A stretch of DNA of 64,000 nucleotides from Chloroflexota bacterium (GCA_965221905.1 OZ244922.1:3072001-3136000); one strand, 5' to 3'; positions 50,738-61,571 are shown, counted from the stretch's first letter. Notes: a model not told the origin generated them from the sequence alone. Program-made: numbers and translations.

Positions 50738-52354
50738 TTGGCATCTTCACCCGCAGTGGCAGATGTGTTGATCATCGGCGCCGGCGCGTCCGGCGCGGCA
50801 GCAGCCTGGTCGTTAACGTCCGCCGGACTCGACGTGGTCTGCCTGGAGCAAGGAGACTGGGTCGATCCCACTGACTATCCCCATAGTAGCCCCGATTGGG
50901 AACTGCATCGGCAGACTGACTTTGCTAAGGACCCCAACGTGCGGCAGCGACCGGAGGACTACCCACTCAATAACGACGCTACACCCATTACGCCGCTTAT
51001 GTTCAATGCCGTGGGCGGCAGCACCATCCACTGGAGCGGCCACTTTCCGCGCTTTCGACCGTCCGACTTCCGCGTAAGAACACTGGACGGCGTCGCCGAC
51101 GATTGGCCTATTTCGTATTGGGACCTGGCGCCCTACTATGAGGAGAACGACGCGAACATCGGTGTCTCCGGACTCAACGGCGATCCCGGTAGCCCGCCCC
51201 GTACACCCCGACAAACGCCGCCGCTGGGCTTGGATGCCGCTTCCCACACCTACATTCGCGGCTTAGAAAAGCTGGGCTGGCATTGGTGGCCGTCTGATAA
51301 CGCCCTCATCACAACACCATTCGGGGAAGGGCGGCAGGTATGCAACTACTGCGGCCCGTGTGACATGGGCTGTCCGCGCGGCGCTATGTCTAGCGCGCAC
51401 GTGACCTACTGGCCGATCGCGTTGGCGCAAGGGGCGCGCCTGATTGCGCGCGCCCGCGTGCGCGAAATCACGGTAGACCGACGCGGCCGTGCCAACGGCG
51501 CCGTCTATTACACTGCTGACGGCGGCGTCGAGCAGCAACGCGCGCGGGTCGTAGTTGTCGCTTGCAACGGTATTGGCACGCCGCGTCTCCTGCTCAACTC
51601 CGTTTCGAGCCACTTTCCCCACGGCCTGGCCAACTCAAACGGGGTCGTGGGCACGCATCTCATGTTTCATCCCGTAGCGTTCGTCACCGGCATGTTCCCC
51701 GAGCCCGTGCTCGGGCATCAAGGACCGGTCGGCCTGCTGCTTCACTGTCAGGAGTTCTATGAGACCGACATAGAGCGGGGCTTTGTGCGCGGCTTCCAAC
51801 TGCAGCTCTGCCGCGACAGCGGGCCGCTCTCAACTGCTCTCGGCAGTTTCCCTGGAGAAGGAGTGCCATGGGGTGCAGACCACCATCGCGTGCAGCGCCT
51901 GCGCAGCGACCACATGCTAACCGTCGGCCTCATGATTGAAGACCTGCCGGAGGCGCACAATACGGTTGATCTCGATCCCATACTGACAGACGACAACGGC
52001 ATTCCAGCGCCGCGAGTCTCGTATACCGTCAGCGAAAATAGCCGCAAGTCCCTCGACTATGGCATTGTCCGGGCGCGAGAGTTACTGGACGCCGCGGGCG
52101 CCCACACGGTACTGAACCCAACGCTTACACAAGAGGCTGGCTGGCATCTCATGGGCACAGCCCGCATGGGCGATGATCCCCGCAGCTCCGTGGTAGATCG
52201 CCACGGACGCGCCCACGATGTTCCTAACCTTTTCATCGTGGACGGGAGTCTCTTTGCCACGTCCGCTGCCGTGAACCCCACCAGCACCATCCAGGCCCTC
52301 GCGCTCTACGTCTCCCATTGGCTAAAGCAGAATTTCCAGGAGGTCGCTTCATGA
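50738..52354 (+). CDS. GMC family FAD oxidoreductase
   Basis: IIGAGASG, VGGSTIHW, CNYCGPCDMGC, GIGTPRLLLNS, HLMGTARMG, VNPTSTIQALA; TTG 50738 follows AAGGAG. Confidence 0.92.
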   Translation: MASSPAVADVLIIGAGASGAAAAWSLTSAGLDVVCLEQGDWVDPTDYPHSSPDWELHRQTDFAKDPNVRQRPEDYPLNNDATPITPLMFNAVGGSTIHWSGHFPRFRPSDFRVRTLDGVADDWPISYWDLAPYYEENDANIGVSGLNGDPGSPPRTPRQTPPLGLDAASHTYIRGLEKLGWHWWPSDNALITTPFGEGRQVCNYCGPCDMGCPRGAMSSAHVTYWPIALAQGARLIARARVREITVDRRGRANGAVYYTADGGVEQQRARVVVVACNGIGTPRLLLNSVSSHFPHGLANSNGVVGTHLMFHPVAFVTGMFPEPVLGHQGPVGLLLHCQEFYETDIERGFVRGFQLQLCRDSGPLSTALGSFPGEGVPWGADHHRVQRLRSDHMLTVGLMIEDLPEAHNTVDLDPILTDDNGIPAPRVSYTVSENSRKSLDYGIVRARELLDAAGAHTVLNPTLTQEAGWHLMGTARMGDDPRSSVVDRHGRAHDVPNLFIVDGSLFATSAAVNPTSTIQALALYVSHWLKQNFQEVAS

Positions 52355-52857
52355 CCGAGCAGCAAGAGAACGGCACCATTCTCACCACTGAGCAACTAGC
52401 CCTGCTGGAAGCAATTCAAAACAGGCTGATTCCTGCCCAAGACGGCATGCCGGCTGCAGGCGACGCCGGGTGTCCTATGACGATCGATCGCTTCCTCAGC
52501 GAGCGCCCTGCCCTGCGCCGCTCCGTGATCGCCGCCCTGAATGCTGTCGAGGCCACGTCCGCTAGTGCGGCGTCCGAGGCAACAGCAACGACAATGGCGG
52601 GGTCTACTCACATTGCTTTCTTGTTGCTCACCGATGCGGCGCGCGACGAAGTGCTTAGAGGCGTAGAGGCAGCCCACCCGGAGCTATTCAAAACGCTGCT
52701 AAATCAAACCTACACAGCCTACTATACGAATCCGGCTGTGCTGCTCATCCTTGGCTGGAACCCACCGCAACCGGAGGGCTTTCCCACCCCGCCACCATTT
52801 AACGAGGCACTCCTCGCCAATGTGAAGCAGCGCGGCAAGATCTGGCGGGACGCCTAG
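52351..52857 (+). CDS. Gluconate 2-dehydrogenase subunit 3-like partner protein
   Basis: RLIPAQDGMPAAGD, YTAYYTNP, PPQPEGF; overlaps the GMC stop codon. Confidence 0.7.
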   Translation: MTEQQENGTILTTEQLALLEAIQNRLIPAQDGMPAAGDAGCPMTIDRFLSERPALRRSVIAALNAVEATSASAASEATATTMAGSTHIAFLLLTDAARDEVLRGVEAAHPELFKTLLNQTYTAYYTNPAVLLILGWNPPQPEGFPTPPPFNEALLANVKQRGKIWRDA

Positions 52858-53039
52858 CCGCCAATTCGGCTTGGGAAACCGGTAGGCAGGCGATAAGGAC
52901 GACCGCAAAAGGGCAACTCTCTGAAGCGGCACGTATCTATCCCTATCTTGCCGGCGCAGCCCTTAGCTATCTTCATGCGACGACCGCCTCGCAGGCGGTG
53001 GGTTTGGCGTGCCCTGAAGTGCATTTGCCTACGCCAACA

Positions 53040-54752
53040 TCATCTCTGCGGATTTTCCCAATGTCGGTAGAATGCGGATCGGCGCTCGCCGACCAGATGC
53101 TCCAATTCCTCTCCGTGTATCTCGTACCTTTGGAAGACGTGCTGGATCACCTCCACACCCGCCTCGAACTCCGGCTGCACGACGTCGGAAGCGCCGGCAT
53201 CGCGCAGCTTCTGGATTGACTCACGACTACCCGCCCGCGCGATGATATCGAGCGTAGAATTAATCGCGCGTGCGTGGCGCACCGCAATCTCCGCTGCCAC
53301 GTCATCGTGAACGAGCACCGCCAAGAGCGACGCCTGCTCAAGTTGCGCGTGCCCAAGCACCGCCCGATTGCCCGCGTCACCATAGACCACCGGTATGCCG
53401 CTCTCTCTGAGTTCGCGAACCGTTAGCGGATTGTATTCCACGACAACATAGTGAATATTCTGGAAGTCAAGAGCATCGGCCAACTCTCGTCCGACGCGCC
53501 CGAAGCCGCAGATTACTGCATGGCCTCGATACAACCCCATCCAAGATGGAGCCGTGTCAGGTTCTGCAAATCGTACACCAATGACCGGCAAGGCCCGCAA
53601 TATGCGGGTAATCTGAGGCTCGAGCAGCAAGAGAAACGGCGTCAGAATGATGCTGATCAGCGCCGTGCTTATGGCCAGGTTGAAGATACCGGTGGGCAGA
53701 GCGCCTGCGCCGACACTAATCTGCGCCAGCACAAAAGAGAACTCGCCCACCTGCCCCAAGCTCAGCGCGGCACGTACTGCAGCGTGTGCCGGAACGCGCA
53801 GCATCAGGAGCAGTACCATCAGAATAGCTATTTTGCCGAAAACAGCCGCAGCCAGCGCAATACCGACCGGGCCTAGATTACTAATCAACCAAACCGGGTC
53901 AAGCAACATCCCAATCGATACGAAGAAGAGTGACGCAAATAAGTCGCGCATTGGTACGATCTCCGCCACGACTTGCGTGCGAAACTCCGACTCCGCCACC
54001 ACAAGCCCGGCGAGAAAAGCGCCGAAAGCGAGCGAAAGACCGACGAATTGGGTAACGAAGGCGGTGCCGAGGGCGAGAGCAACCACCGCGAGGATCAGCA
54101 ACTCCCGCGACTTGCCTTGGGCAATATGTGTCAATAACCAGTGCGCCGCGCGCGCGCCAATGAAGTACGCGCCGATACACACCGCCGCCGCTTTTCCGGC
54201 CAGGAAAAGCAAGTCGACCACCACGTTCTCGCCGCCTGCCGCCAATGCCGGCAGAATGACGACCATCGGTACTACTGCAATGTCCTGCAGTATCAAGATT
54301 CCCAACGCGATGCGGCCGTGCAGCGCCTGCAACTCGCCGCGCGTCATGAGCACCTTGATTACCACGACAGTGCTCGAAAGGGCGATAACAGCGCCGAGCA
54401 AGATGCCCTGCGTGAGCGAAAGCCCGAGCATTCGCCCCATCAGCGGGCCGAGACTCATCGTCAGGATAATCTGCCCTACACCCCCAACGATCACGATGCG
54501 ACCGAGATGACACAACTCGCGTAGGGAAAACTCAGCGCCTACGGCAAAGAGCAAGAACATCACACCAATCTCCGCCAGCACTTGGACGTCGTGCTGGTCG
54601 GCGCGCAGCAGGGGGCTGAACGGCCCAATGGCAATTCCGGCAAGCAAGTACCCCAGAATCACCGGCAGACCCAGCCGCTGGGCAACCAACCCAAAAAGGA
54701 AAGCGGCGAGAACAGCGACGGAGAGGTTTAGCGCTAACGAAACGTCAGGCAC
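53040..54752 (-). CDS. CPA2 cation:proton antiporter with TrkA-N/RCK domain (YbaL/Kef-like)
   Basis: GYLLAGIAIGP, ALSSTVVV, ILILQDI, FFVSIGM, QVGEFSF, ICGFGRVG, YGDA. Confidence 0.92.
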   Translation of the reverse strand: MPDVSLALNLSVAVLAAFLFGLVAQRLGLPVILGYLLAGIAIGPFSPLLRADQHDVQVLAEIGVMFLLFAVGAEFSLRELCHLGRIVIVGGVGQIILTMSLGPLMGRMLGLSLTQGILLGAVIALSSTVVVIKVLMTRGELQALHGRIALGILILQDIAVVPMVVILPALAAGGENVVVDLLFLAGKAAAVCIGAYFIGARAAHWLLTHIAQGKSRELLILAVVALALGTAFVTQFVGLSLAFGAFLAGLVVAESEFRTQVVAEIVPMRDLFASLFFVSIGMLLDPVWLISNLGPVGIALAAAVFGKIAILMVLLLMLRVPAHAAVRAALSLGQVGEFSFVLAQISVGAGALPTGIFNLAISTALISIILTPFLLLLEPQITRILRALPVIGVRFAEPDTAPSWMGLYRGHAVICGFGRVGRELADALDFQNIHYVVVEYNPLTVRELRESGIPVVYGDAGNRAVLGHAQLEQASLLAVLVHDDVAAEIAVRHARAINSTLDIIARAGSRESIQKLRDAGASDVVQPEFEAGVEVIQHVFQRYEIHGEELEHLVGERRSAFYRHWENPQR

Positions 54753-54974
54753 GGCATTTCTCCCACACTTCCCTCAAAGCGTGCTCAAGTGCAGCGGGCT
54801 CATTGGTGCTCCCCGCAGACTTGGGAGGAATAATCGTTGCGTTCGTCCAACCCATAGTATCAGACGGTCCTCGTGTCAAATGCCCTAACCGACAGACCTT
54901 GTCAGAATCTTTCAGCCACTCAGACCCAGGAAACAAGGAGGGATTCGCACACTCATTCGAATGCAAGACCGGCA

Positions 54975-55003
54975 TTGCCAACCAATCGAGAAGCTGCTAT
55001 ACT
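54975..55003 (+). promoter_or_regulatory. sigma70-type promoter of the LysM gene
   Basis: TTGCCA, 17-nt spacer, TG-C-TATACT. Confidence 0.6.
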
Positions 55004-55061
55004 CTCTTGCGGACGACGAAGTCTGGGGCTAGGAGTTCTTGAACAGAGATTGGAGTGAGCA

Positions 55062-55286
55062 ATGGGCTTCCTGGATGCATTGTTTGGCAAGAAGAAGTCA
55101 AGTGGCAGCGTCCGCACTACAGTCAAGGTCGGCCCGGGGGAAACCCTTCAAGACATTGCACAGCGCGAGTACGGCGATGCCGGCAAATGGGATGTTATTT
55201 TTCAGAAGAATAAGTGGCGCTTCGAAGAAGGAGACCCAAAGACTATCTATCCCGGCATGGATTTAGACATTCCCGAAATAAACTAG
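55062..55286 (+). CDS. Small LysM-domain protein
   Basis: VKVGPGETLQDIAQREYGDAGKWDVIFQKN...IYPGMDLDIP; GGAG RBS; flanked by promoter and terminator. Confidence 0.85.
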   Translation: MGFLDALFGKKKSSGSVRTTVKVGPGETLQDIAQREYGDAGKWDVIFQKNKWRFEEGDPKTIYPGMDLDIPEIN

Positions 55287-55324
55287 GAATAGCCGCGCTT
55301 CGTCTCTACCACACTAGCTTGAAT

Positions 55325-55357
55325 AAAAGGCATCGACGCAAAACGTCGATGCCTTTT
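55325..55357. terminator. Bidirectional intrinsic terminator
   Basis: AAAAGGCATCGACG-CAAAA-CGTCGATGCCTTTT, perfect 14-bp stem between convergent genes. Confidence 0.85.
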
Positions 55358-55362
55358 GCTTC

Positions 55363-56214
55363 TCATGCGCTCGCAGCCGTCAGCATCTCCCGCAGCGCTT
55401 TGGCAGATTCGATTGCCGCGGCCTCCGGCGGGCCGCCTTCCACCTGGTAATGCATCTCTAGCGTATACACGCCATCGTAGCCGTCATTAGCCAGCGCGCG
55501 AAACTGACCTTCGTAGTCGGTATTGCCCTTGCCTACGCGGCACGCCTCGACCTCACCATTCACGCGCCGCGCGTCTTTCACGTGCATGTGCGCAAGATGT
55601 GGCTTGATGGCAGCATAGTGCTTCGGGTAGGGGTCTTCATCCGCCCAGAGGCAGTTGCCCGGGTCCCAGATTGCCTTCAAATGCGGTGAACCGACCGCCT
55701 CGATCAAGCGCTGCGACTCTTCACCCACGCCCGCATAGCACGACGGCTCGTTCTCCATACAGAGATCGAAACCGTGCTTGGCAGCAATGTCGAGCGCCGG
55801 ACCGAAGCGCTCCACAACCTTAGTGAACACTTCTTCCGGATCGTCATCTCTCCAGAAAGAGAAGCAGCGTACCACACGCGTGCCGAAACGCTCGGCCAAA
55901 GCAAAACAGTGCGGCAAGAGCGCCAGATGCTCTTCGTAGGTCATTTCCTGCGCGCCAAAGGTGTCGCCTTCGATCTTTCGCTCCCGGCCTTCCAGTGGGC
56001 ACTTGAAAATCGGTGTACCGAGTGCGCTCACCTGGATGCCGTTCTGCTTGAGGAGACGTTCCACATCATCCAGTCCGTCCGGGGAAAGGTCCATCAAGTT
56101 CGTGCCGTTGACGGTGCGCAGCTCCGCATACATGATGCCGTGCTCGCGCATCACGCCCAGCCCCGTGGCAAAGTCCGGATGCACCTCGTCAGTGAAAATT
56201 CCAATTTTCATCAT
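55363..56214 (-). CDS. Sugar phosphate isomerase/epimerase (xylose isomerase-like TIM barrel)
   Basis: FTDE, LCMENE, WDPGN, HMHVKD, YTLEMH. Confidence 0.88.
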   Translation of the reverse strand: MMKIGIFTDEVHPDFATGLGVMREHGIMYAELRTVNGTNLMDLSPDGLDDVERLLKQNGIQVSALGTPIFKCPLEGRERKIEGDTFGAQEMTYEEHLALLPHCFALAERFGTRVVRCFSFWRDDDPEEVFTKVVERFGPALDIAAKHGFDLCMENEPSCYAGVGEESQRLIEAVGSPHLKAIWDPGNCLWADEDPYPKHYAAIKPHLAHMHVKDARRVNGEVEACRVGKGNTDYEGQFRALANDGYDGVYTLEMHYQVEGGPPEAAAIESAKALREMLTAASA

Positions 56215-56365
56215 CGTGCCCTTCTCTGAGTCTTGCGAATTGCCCCTTGCGCATTATACAAGAAGCCATGCCCCATCGCCTTGATTTGCGGCAATACGCC
56301 CACGCCACCGTGCCGCATTGCACGCAATGAGCACTCCGACCGCAAACACACTATGGCCGTTCCAA

Positions 56366-57664
56366 CTACGCGCCGTCCGCTTCCGATGCCGCCGTCGCCT
56401 CGGACAAGTCCAGTCGCGGCCGAGCGAATCTGCGCAGCGCGGCCGCGGCGAGTACGGTTGCTGCAAGAGCAGCCGTAAGGGCCGCGCCAAAGAGTGCCTC
56501 GAAGGATATGAGATCAGCGAGAAGCCCACCCACCGGGGTTAAGAAGATCAGGACTCCAATCAGCGTGTTCGTGAAGCCCATGTAGATGATGCGATCTTCA
56601 ACCGGTGAGACCTCGATTGCGAGAACTGAGAACGTGATTTCCTGCCCGCCGGTTGCCATGCCGAGGAAGACGAAGAGGGCAAGAAAGACCCAAGTGATCA
56701 GAGAAGGCGCAGCCTGAGAAACTGAGAGAACGTGCGCCGTAAGCGCCAGCACCGGGGGCAGCACGCTGATCAATGTCGTCGCCACCAGCAGCAGCCAACC
56801 GCCGCCGCGCGCGCCCAGCCAACCCCAGACGACGTTGCTGCCAATCACGCCGCCCATGAGCGCAATCGCAGACGAGCCCACCACAGATGCCGGTAGCTGC
56901 AACACATTGCCGCCATACACAACATAGAAAGGCACTGCGATAAAGGTAGCCATGGCCAAGACACGAATGATGACGTACGTGCGAAACGGCGGGTCGCGCA
57001 GGACAATCTCCCGGATGCGGCCCAAGTCTTGACGCATGGTGCGATTTGGGAGAATTGAGGGTCCCGCGGGCTCCCTCACGCAGCTAAACGACAAGTACCC
57101 AATTGTAGTAAAGACCCACGTCAGCATAAAAAGCAGCCAAACGTGTTCGAGACTTCCTTCCGAACGTTCGAGTACCTGGCGCACGACGAGACCGGCGACC
57201 AGAGCGCCAATGCCGCCAAAGAAGTTACGCAGCGAAAAGAACGTCGAAAGCCGTCGGCGCGGCACGATGCGCCCGACCACGTCGAAGAACGCCAACCCCG
57301 TAAAGCCGCCCGAAAGAGAAGCGATCGCCGTGAGCAGAATCAGTGCAGGCAGCACGATGTCTGCCTGATCCGGCACGATAAGCACTGTGGCCGCCAGGAG
57401 CGCCCAACAGGTGCTGCGTACTACCGCGCTGCGCTGATAATACTTGAGCTTGTACCGTTGGCGTTGCATGTAGTTGATCAACAACAACTGGGGCAACGCC
57501 CAACCCCCCATCTGCATGGCGGGCAGGATGCCAATGAGCACGTTGGACTGCGTAAGCTGGCTCACGTACCAAGGCAGCACCACGGTTGCACTCGTAAAGG
57601 CCATACCGGTGCTGTAGCTGACGCCATTGAGGACACCGAGGATGAAGTTCCGGCGGCTAGACAA
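56366..57664 (-). CDS. MFS transporter
   Basis: About 12 hydrophobic helices in two halves; VLPWYV, LPQL, GLLAD. Confidence 0.8.
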   Translation of the reverse strand: MSSRRNFILGVLNGVSYSTGMAFTSATVVLPWYVSQLTQSNVLIGILPAMQMGGWALPQLLLINYMQRQRYKLKYYQRSAVVRSTCWALLAATVLIVPDQADIVLPALILLTAIASLSGGFTGLAFFDVVGRIVPRRRLSTFFSLRNFFGGIGALVAGLVVRQVLERSEGSLEHVWLLFMLTWVFTTIGYLSFSCVREPAGPSILPNRTMRQDLGRIREIVLRDPPFRTYVIIRVLAMATFIAVPFYVVYGGNVLQLPASVVGSSAIALMGGVIGSNVVWGWLGARGGGWLLLVATTLISVLPPVLALTAHVLSVSQAAPSLITWVFLALFVFLGMATGGQEITFSVLAIEVSPVEDRIIYMGFTNTLIGVLIFLTPVGGLLADLISFEALFGAALTAALAATVLAAAALRRFARPRLDLSEATAASEADGA

Positions 57665-57742
57665 GAGATGGTCTACCTTCGCAGACTACGTGGATAAAGC
57701 AACGCCGAGGAAGCTGTACATTCAGGATACAGAACGTGGCAG

Positions 57743-58633
57743 TCATGCATGGCGCACGATGGCATCAGTCATACGGCACACGCGCACCAAAGCTCCTACA
57801 TCATGGACCCGCACCAGATCAACACCTTGCGCGATTGCCAGCGCCACCGTTGCCGCGGTGCCTTCCAACCGCTCTTCCGGGGGGAGATCGAGCGCTAGCC
57901 CGATGAATGACTTGCGTGAGGTGCCGATCAATATCGGCTGCCCCAAACTCTGGAGCACGCCGAGGTTGCGCATGAGTTCAATGTTCTGTTGCGGTGTTTT
58001 GCCGAAGCCGATCCCAGGATCGACAATTATGTGCTCAGTCGCGATTCCGCAGGCAGTTGCCCGCGACACTATCTCTGCGAGTTCTCTTGTCACGTCTTCT
58101 GCTACATTGCCGTACGAGACCTTTCCATAAAATCCGCCAAGCGCCGACTGCTGCGAATTGGAACGACGATTGTGCATTAGCACCACTGGCACGTTCAGGG
58201 CCGCAACCGTTGCTCCCATGGCCGGATCGCCGCCTAAACCCCAGACGTCGTTGACCATTGCTGCTCCGGCATGTACCGCTTCACGTGCCACGTCTGCTTT
58301 GTACGTGTCGATCGAGAGCGGCGCCTCTACCTCGCGATGGATCGCCTCGATTGCAGGCAACACACGGTCAAGTTCTTCTTGCAACGAGACTGTGTTCGCG
58401 CCGGGGCGGGTCGACTCACCCCCGATGTCGAGAATATCCGCACCTTGTTCCACAAAGCGCGCGGCCTGGGCAATGGCGCGCTGCACGTCTCCCCCAATTC
58501 CATCACCGGAGAAGGAATCCGGCGTCATATTGAGAATACCGACCACGTAGGTGCGGGAGGCCCAACGCAAAGTGCGGTTGCCGCAACGTGTTTCTTGCGG
58601 TCTTGATACATGAGCCGGCGGCGGCAAGCTCAT
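57743..58633 (-). CDS. folP: Dihydropteroate synthase
   Basis: GILNMTPDSFSGDG, DIGGESTRPG, SIDTYK, DPGIGFGK, GTSRKSF, VRVHDV. Confidence 0.97.
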   Translation of the reverse strand: MSLPPPAHVSRPQETRCGNRTLRWASRTYVVGILNMTPDSFSGDGIGGDVQRAIAQAARFVEQGADILDIGGESTRPGANTVSLQEELDRVLPAIEAIHREVEAPLSIDTYKADVAREAVHAGAAMVNDVWGLGGDPAMGATVAALNVPVVLMHNRRSNSQQSALGGFYGKVSYGNVAEDVTRELAEIVSRATACGIATEHIIVDPGIGFGKTPQQNIELMRNLGVLQSLGQPILIGTSRKSFIGLALDLPPEERLEGTAATVALAIAQGVDLVRVHDVGALVRVCRMTDAIVRHA

Positions 58634-60213
58634 GCATCTCCCTCTGGCGATGGCCGGACGGAGGCATACTGGTACCCGTGTATTAGCGTATCGCCGGGCC
58701 TAACGTTCGCCACATACAGGCTTACCCCCGGCCCCAGGCCCACTTGCACGATCTGTTCTGTCCGATCACTGGTATTCCTTCCCAAGTCCGGCAAGATAAC
58801 CCGCGTGACCCCCTCCGGAATGATGAATTCCTGGCGAGTTTCCCAGTATTGGGGATCACCGGGATCGAAGAGCAAGCGGAAAGAGTAGTCCTGCAGATAG
58901 TACTCAAGTTGATGGGAACGGTCGAAAGCCACGATCAGCGTCTGCTCCGGTGCGTGGTTCAACGTAATGTACCGCACCTGCTTGGTGAGTATCTCGTCGA
59001 TGTGACGGATCTCCTGATAGCGTCCTTCACCGGCAGCGAAGAAAAAGAGCAAGGTATTGGAGATAGCTATGACAGCAACCAGCACGGTCGTGATGCCAAT
59101 AGAAACTCGATGCGGTGTCAGGGCGGTCGTTACCATACCGCGCTGCGTCATCAGAAACCGGTACGCCTGCTCAAAATCGCGCGCAAAGCCGCGCATGGCT
59201 AACGCGGCATAGATGAGGAGTCCGGGCAGAAAAGAGAGCACGTAGCCCGGATTCCCAATGTGGGCGAGCATATAGAATACGAAAGGTACGATCATCCACA
59301 GCAGAATGATGCGCGTGCGCGCATCGCGCACGACCTGCTGCGGTGAAAAATATCGCCCCAAGAAGTAGATGATCGGCAGAAGAGCCAGACCAACCCCATT
59401 GTAAATCACTGCCGCAAGCGTACGTCCATTGTCGAGTATACTCTTGAGGTACGTCACGAGACCGGTAGACTGCCCGACCCAGAAGCCGTAATGCTCGCCC
59501 GACGCCCTCGCGTACGCCTCCCAGCCGCCGGAGAGCTGCACCGTTGGCACTCCCCACGCCAGCACTACCAGGAGCATTACCCCAATGCCGACGACGAGAC
59601 TCCGCAAACTCCTCCCCCACCAAGCGTAAACCCACACGGGCAAGAGGAATAGCAACAGATCCGGACGGAATCCCGCGCCAAGGCCCAACACAAACGCAGC
59701 AGGGACGATCAAGTTGTGCGACCCGAATTTCGTCTCGGTCAAGAGCAGCAACACCAGCGTGCTAAACAAGGCGAGAAAAGCGTAGGGATACGCCACCTCG
59801 CCGTGGGTCCAGAAAAGACTGCTCGTCCCTAGCAACAGGGCGCTAACAACCCCTGTCTGCAACCCGTAGAGCCGCCAGCCGAGAATGAACAGACACCACA
59901 CCGCCAGACTGCTTGCAGCCAGCGATAAGAGCACGTAGCTCGTGTTGGCGTCCAAGCCGAGACTGTACAAGAGCTTGGCACTGGCTACGTATAGCGGGTA
60001 TCCGGGAGGTTGCGGCTGATGAAAGGCCACGTTGTATTCTTCGAGAGCATAGGCAAAATTGGCGGAATCCCATGCGAAGAGTGACTCGCTGCGAAAGGGG
60101 ATGCGGCTGACTAACGTAACAAGGAAGAAAACACCGCTGAGAAACCACCCCAGCCGAGTCCATGCCGCAAGACCGGAAAGCAATCCACCCGTTATTCGTG
60201 CTGTCTGTTCCAT
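58630..60213 (-). CDS. Polytopic membrane protein, GT-C (PMT/ArnT/DUF2723-like) glycosyltransferase
   Basis: WDSANF, HQPQPPGYPLY, GFRP and about 11 TM helices. Confidence 0.65.
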   Translation of the reverse strand: MEQTARITGGLLSGLAAWTRLGWFLSGVFFLVTLVSRIPFRSESLFAWDSANFAYALEEYNVAFHQPQPPGYPLYVASAKLLYSLGLDANTSYVLLSLAASSLAVWCLFILGWRLYGLQTGVVSALLLGTSSLFWTHGEVAYPYAFLALFSTLVLLLLTETKFGSHNLIVPAAFVLGLGAGFRPDLLLFLLPVWVYAWWGRSLRSLVVGIGVMLLVVLAWGVPTVQLSGGWEAYARASGEHYGFWVGQSTGLVTYLKSILDNGRTLAAVIYNGVGLALLPIIYFLGRYFSPQQVVRDARTRIILLWMIVPFVFYMLAHIGNPGYVLSFLPGLLIYAALAMRGFARDFEQAYRFLMTQRGMVTTALTPHRVSIGITTVLVAVIAISNTLLFFFAAGEGRYQEIRHIDEILTKQVRYITLNHAPEQTLIVAFDRSHQLEYYLQDYSFRLLFDPGDPQYWETRQEFIIPEGVTRVILPDLGRNTSDRTEQIVQVGLGPGVSLYVANVRPGDTLIHGYQYASVRPSPEGDA

Positions 60214-60539
60214 GAGCGCAATTGGCTAGCGTTTGTGTCGGTTAGAGAAGTTTACATGGCGGTGTGCAAGAAACACCAATGTCTAATTCTAGCGGTGCCG
60301 TAATCTACGGCGCAAGCGCCGAAGTCTGCGGCGTAAGCAAAAGGGCTTAGGGAGTCTGCAGAAAACGGCTTGACTTGCTCTTGGACTCCTTGCTATGTTC
60401 CCCTCTGTACTGCTTAGTTGTGTGTAGTAGATTTAGGGGCACAGTTTTCTAGGCATTTGGTGATTCTCTTCTCGCGGCTCATCGCTTTGCTGGACTGCGG
60501 GGCTTGTATCAAGAGAAAGCGTCACTAGGAGGTGGCCAT

Positions 60540-61151
60540 ATGGATCAAGTTCCAGTCGATAACTTTGGCATAGAGCGGGTGGATGCCGACCAAGACAAGG
60601 CAGTCTTGAAGCAGGTCGCAAGCGAAGTCAGCGAGATACTCACACCGAATGAGAACATCCTGTACATCGCGCATCAAGGATGGACTATGCTCGGGCAGAA
60701 GCTTGACGCTGCAGTAGCCACTAACAACCGCATGATCATCTTCAATCGGCATCGGTTCAGGGGATTCTCGTTCACCGACTTCCTTTGGGAAGACGTGCAA
60801 GACGTGAAGATTCGCGAGGGCATGTTAGCGTCATACCTTGAATGTAAGCTGACCAACAAAGAACGTCACTACATAAAGGGATTAATTAAGAAGCAAACCC
60901 GCATCCTTTACAGCATTTGCCAGCAGAAAGAGCAGGAGTGGAGGGAGCGTCGCCGCGTGCGAAAGATGGAAGAGGAGCGTGCCCGTGCTGGCGGCACTCA
61001 GATCTCCATGCCTGCGCAGGAACTAACTGGATCTACAAGTGCTGAAGATCCAGTGGCTAAGCTGGCAAAGGCTAAGGAGATGTTCGATCGCGAATTGATC
61101 TCGGAAGCCGAGTACGAAACACTCAAGGCTGAAATCCTGCGGAAGATGTAG
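60540..61151 (+). CDS. Bacterial PH-domain protein with C-terminal SHOCT domain
   Basis: ILTPNENILY, VATNNRMIIF, coiled segment, DPVAKLAKAKEMFDRELISEAEYETLKAEIL; AGGAGG RBS. Confidence 0.8.
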   Translation: MDQVPVDNFGIERVDADQDKAVLKQVASEVSEILTPNENILYIAHQGWTMLGQKLDAAVATNNRMIIFNRHRFRGFSFTDFLWEDVQDVKIREGMLASYLECKLTNKERHYIKGLIKKQTRILYSICQQKEQEWRERRRVRKMEEERARAGGTQISMPAQELTGSTSAEDPVAKLAKAKEMFDRELISEAEYETLKAEILRKM

Positions 61152-61571
61152 GATGCTAGCCGACGCTTTCTCTCTCGCATAACAGGTATTGACTTGTAGA
61201 CTAAAGTGGCGAAATCGCTCAATAGCCGGTAGGTCTCAATTATCCCAGGGACAGAGAACATTCAATATGCAGGCGCAACGTGAAGTCTCTTGGATTGGTG
61301 ATGGTGCCGTTAGAGGTGTTTGTTACAAGCCCGTGCGTGCGGAACCATTTCCCTGTCTCTACTACGCTCACTTCAACACTGCCCAGATTCTTGGTTGAAG
61401 AATGTCAGGATGATTTCAAGCAAGATCTAATCGTTTCTACTAGGTCTGCATTTCAAGATCTGGCAACAAGCGCTCCGTCTCTCGTCCGCTCGTCACTACT
61501 TGCGCATCCTTCAGCGAATATGCTTAGCTAAGGGCAATACTCAAGTAACATCAACATCCAGGCTCAGTGCT

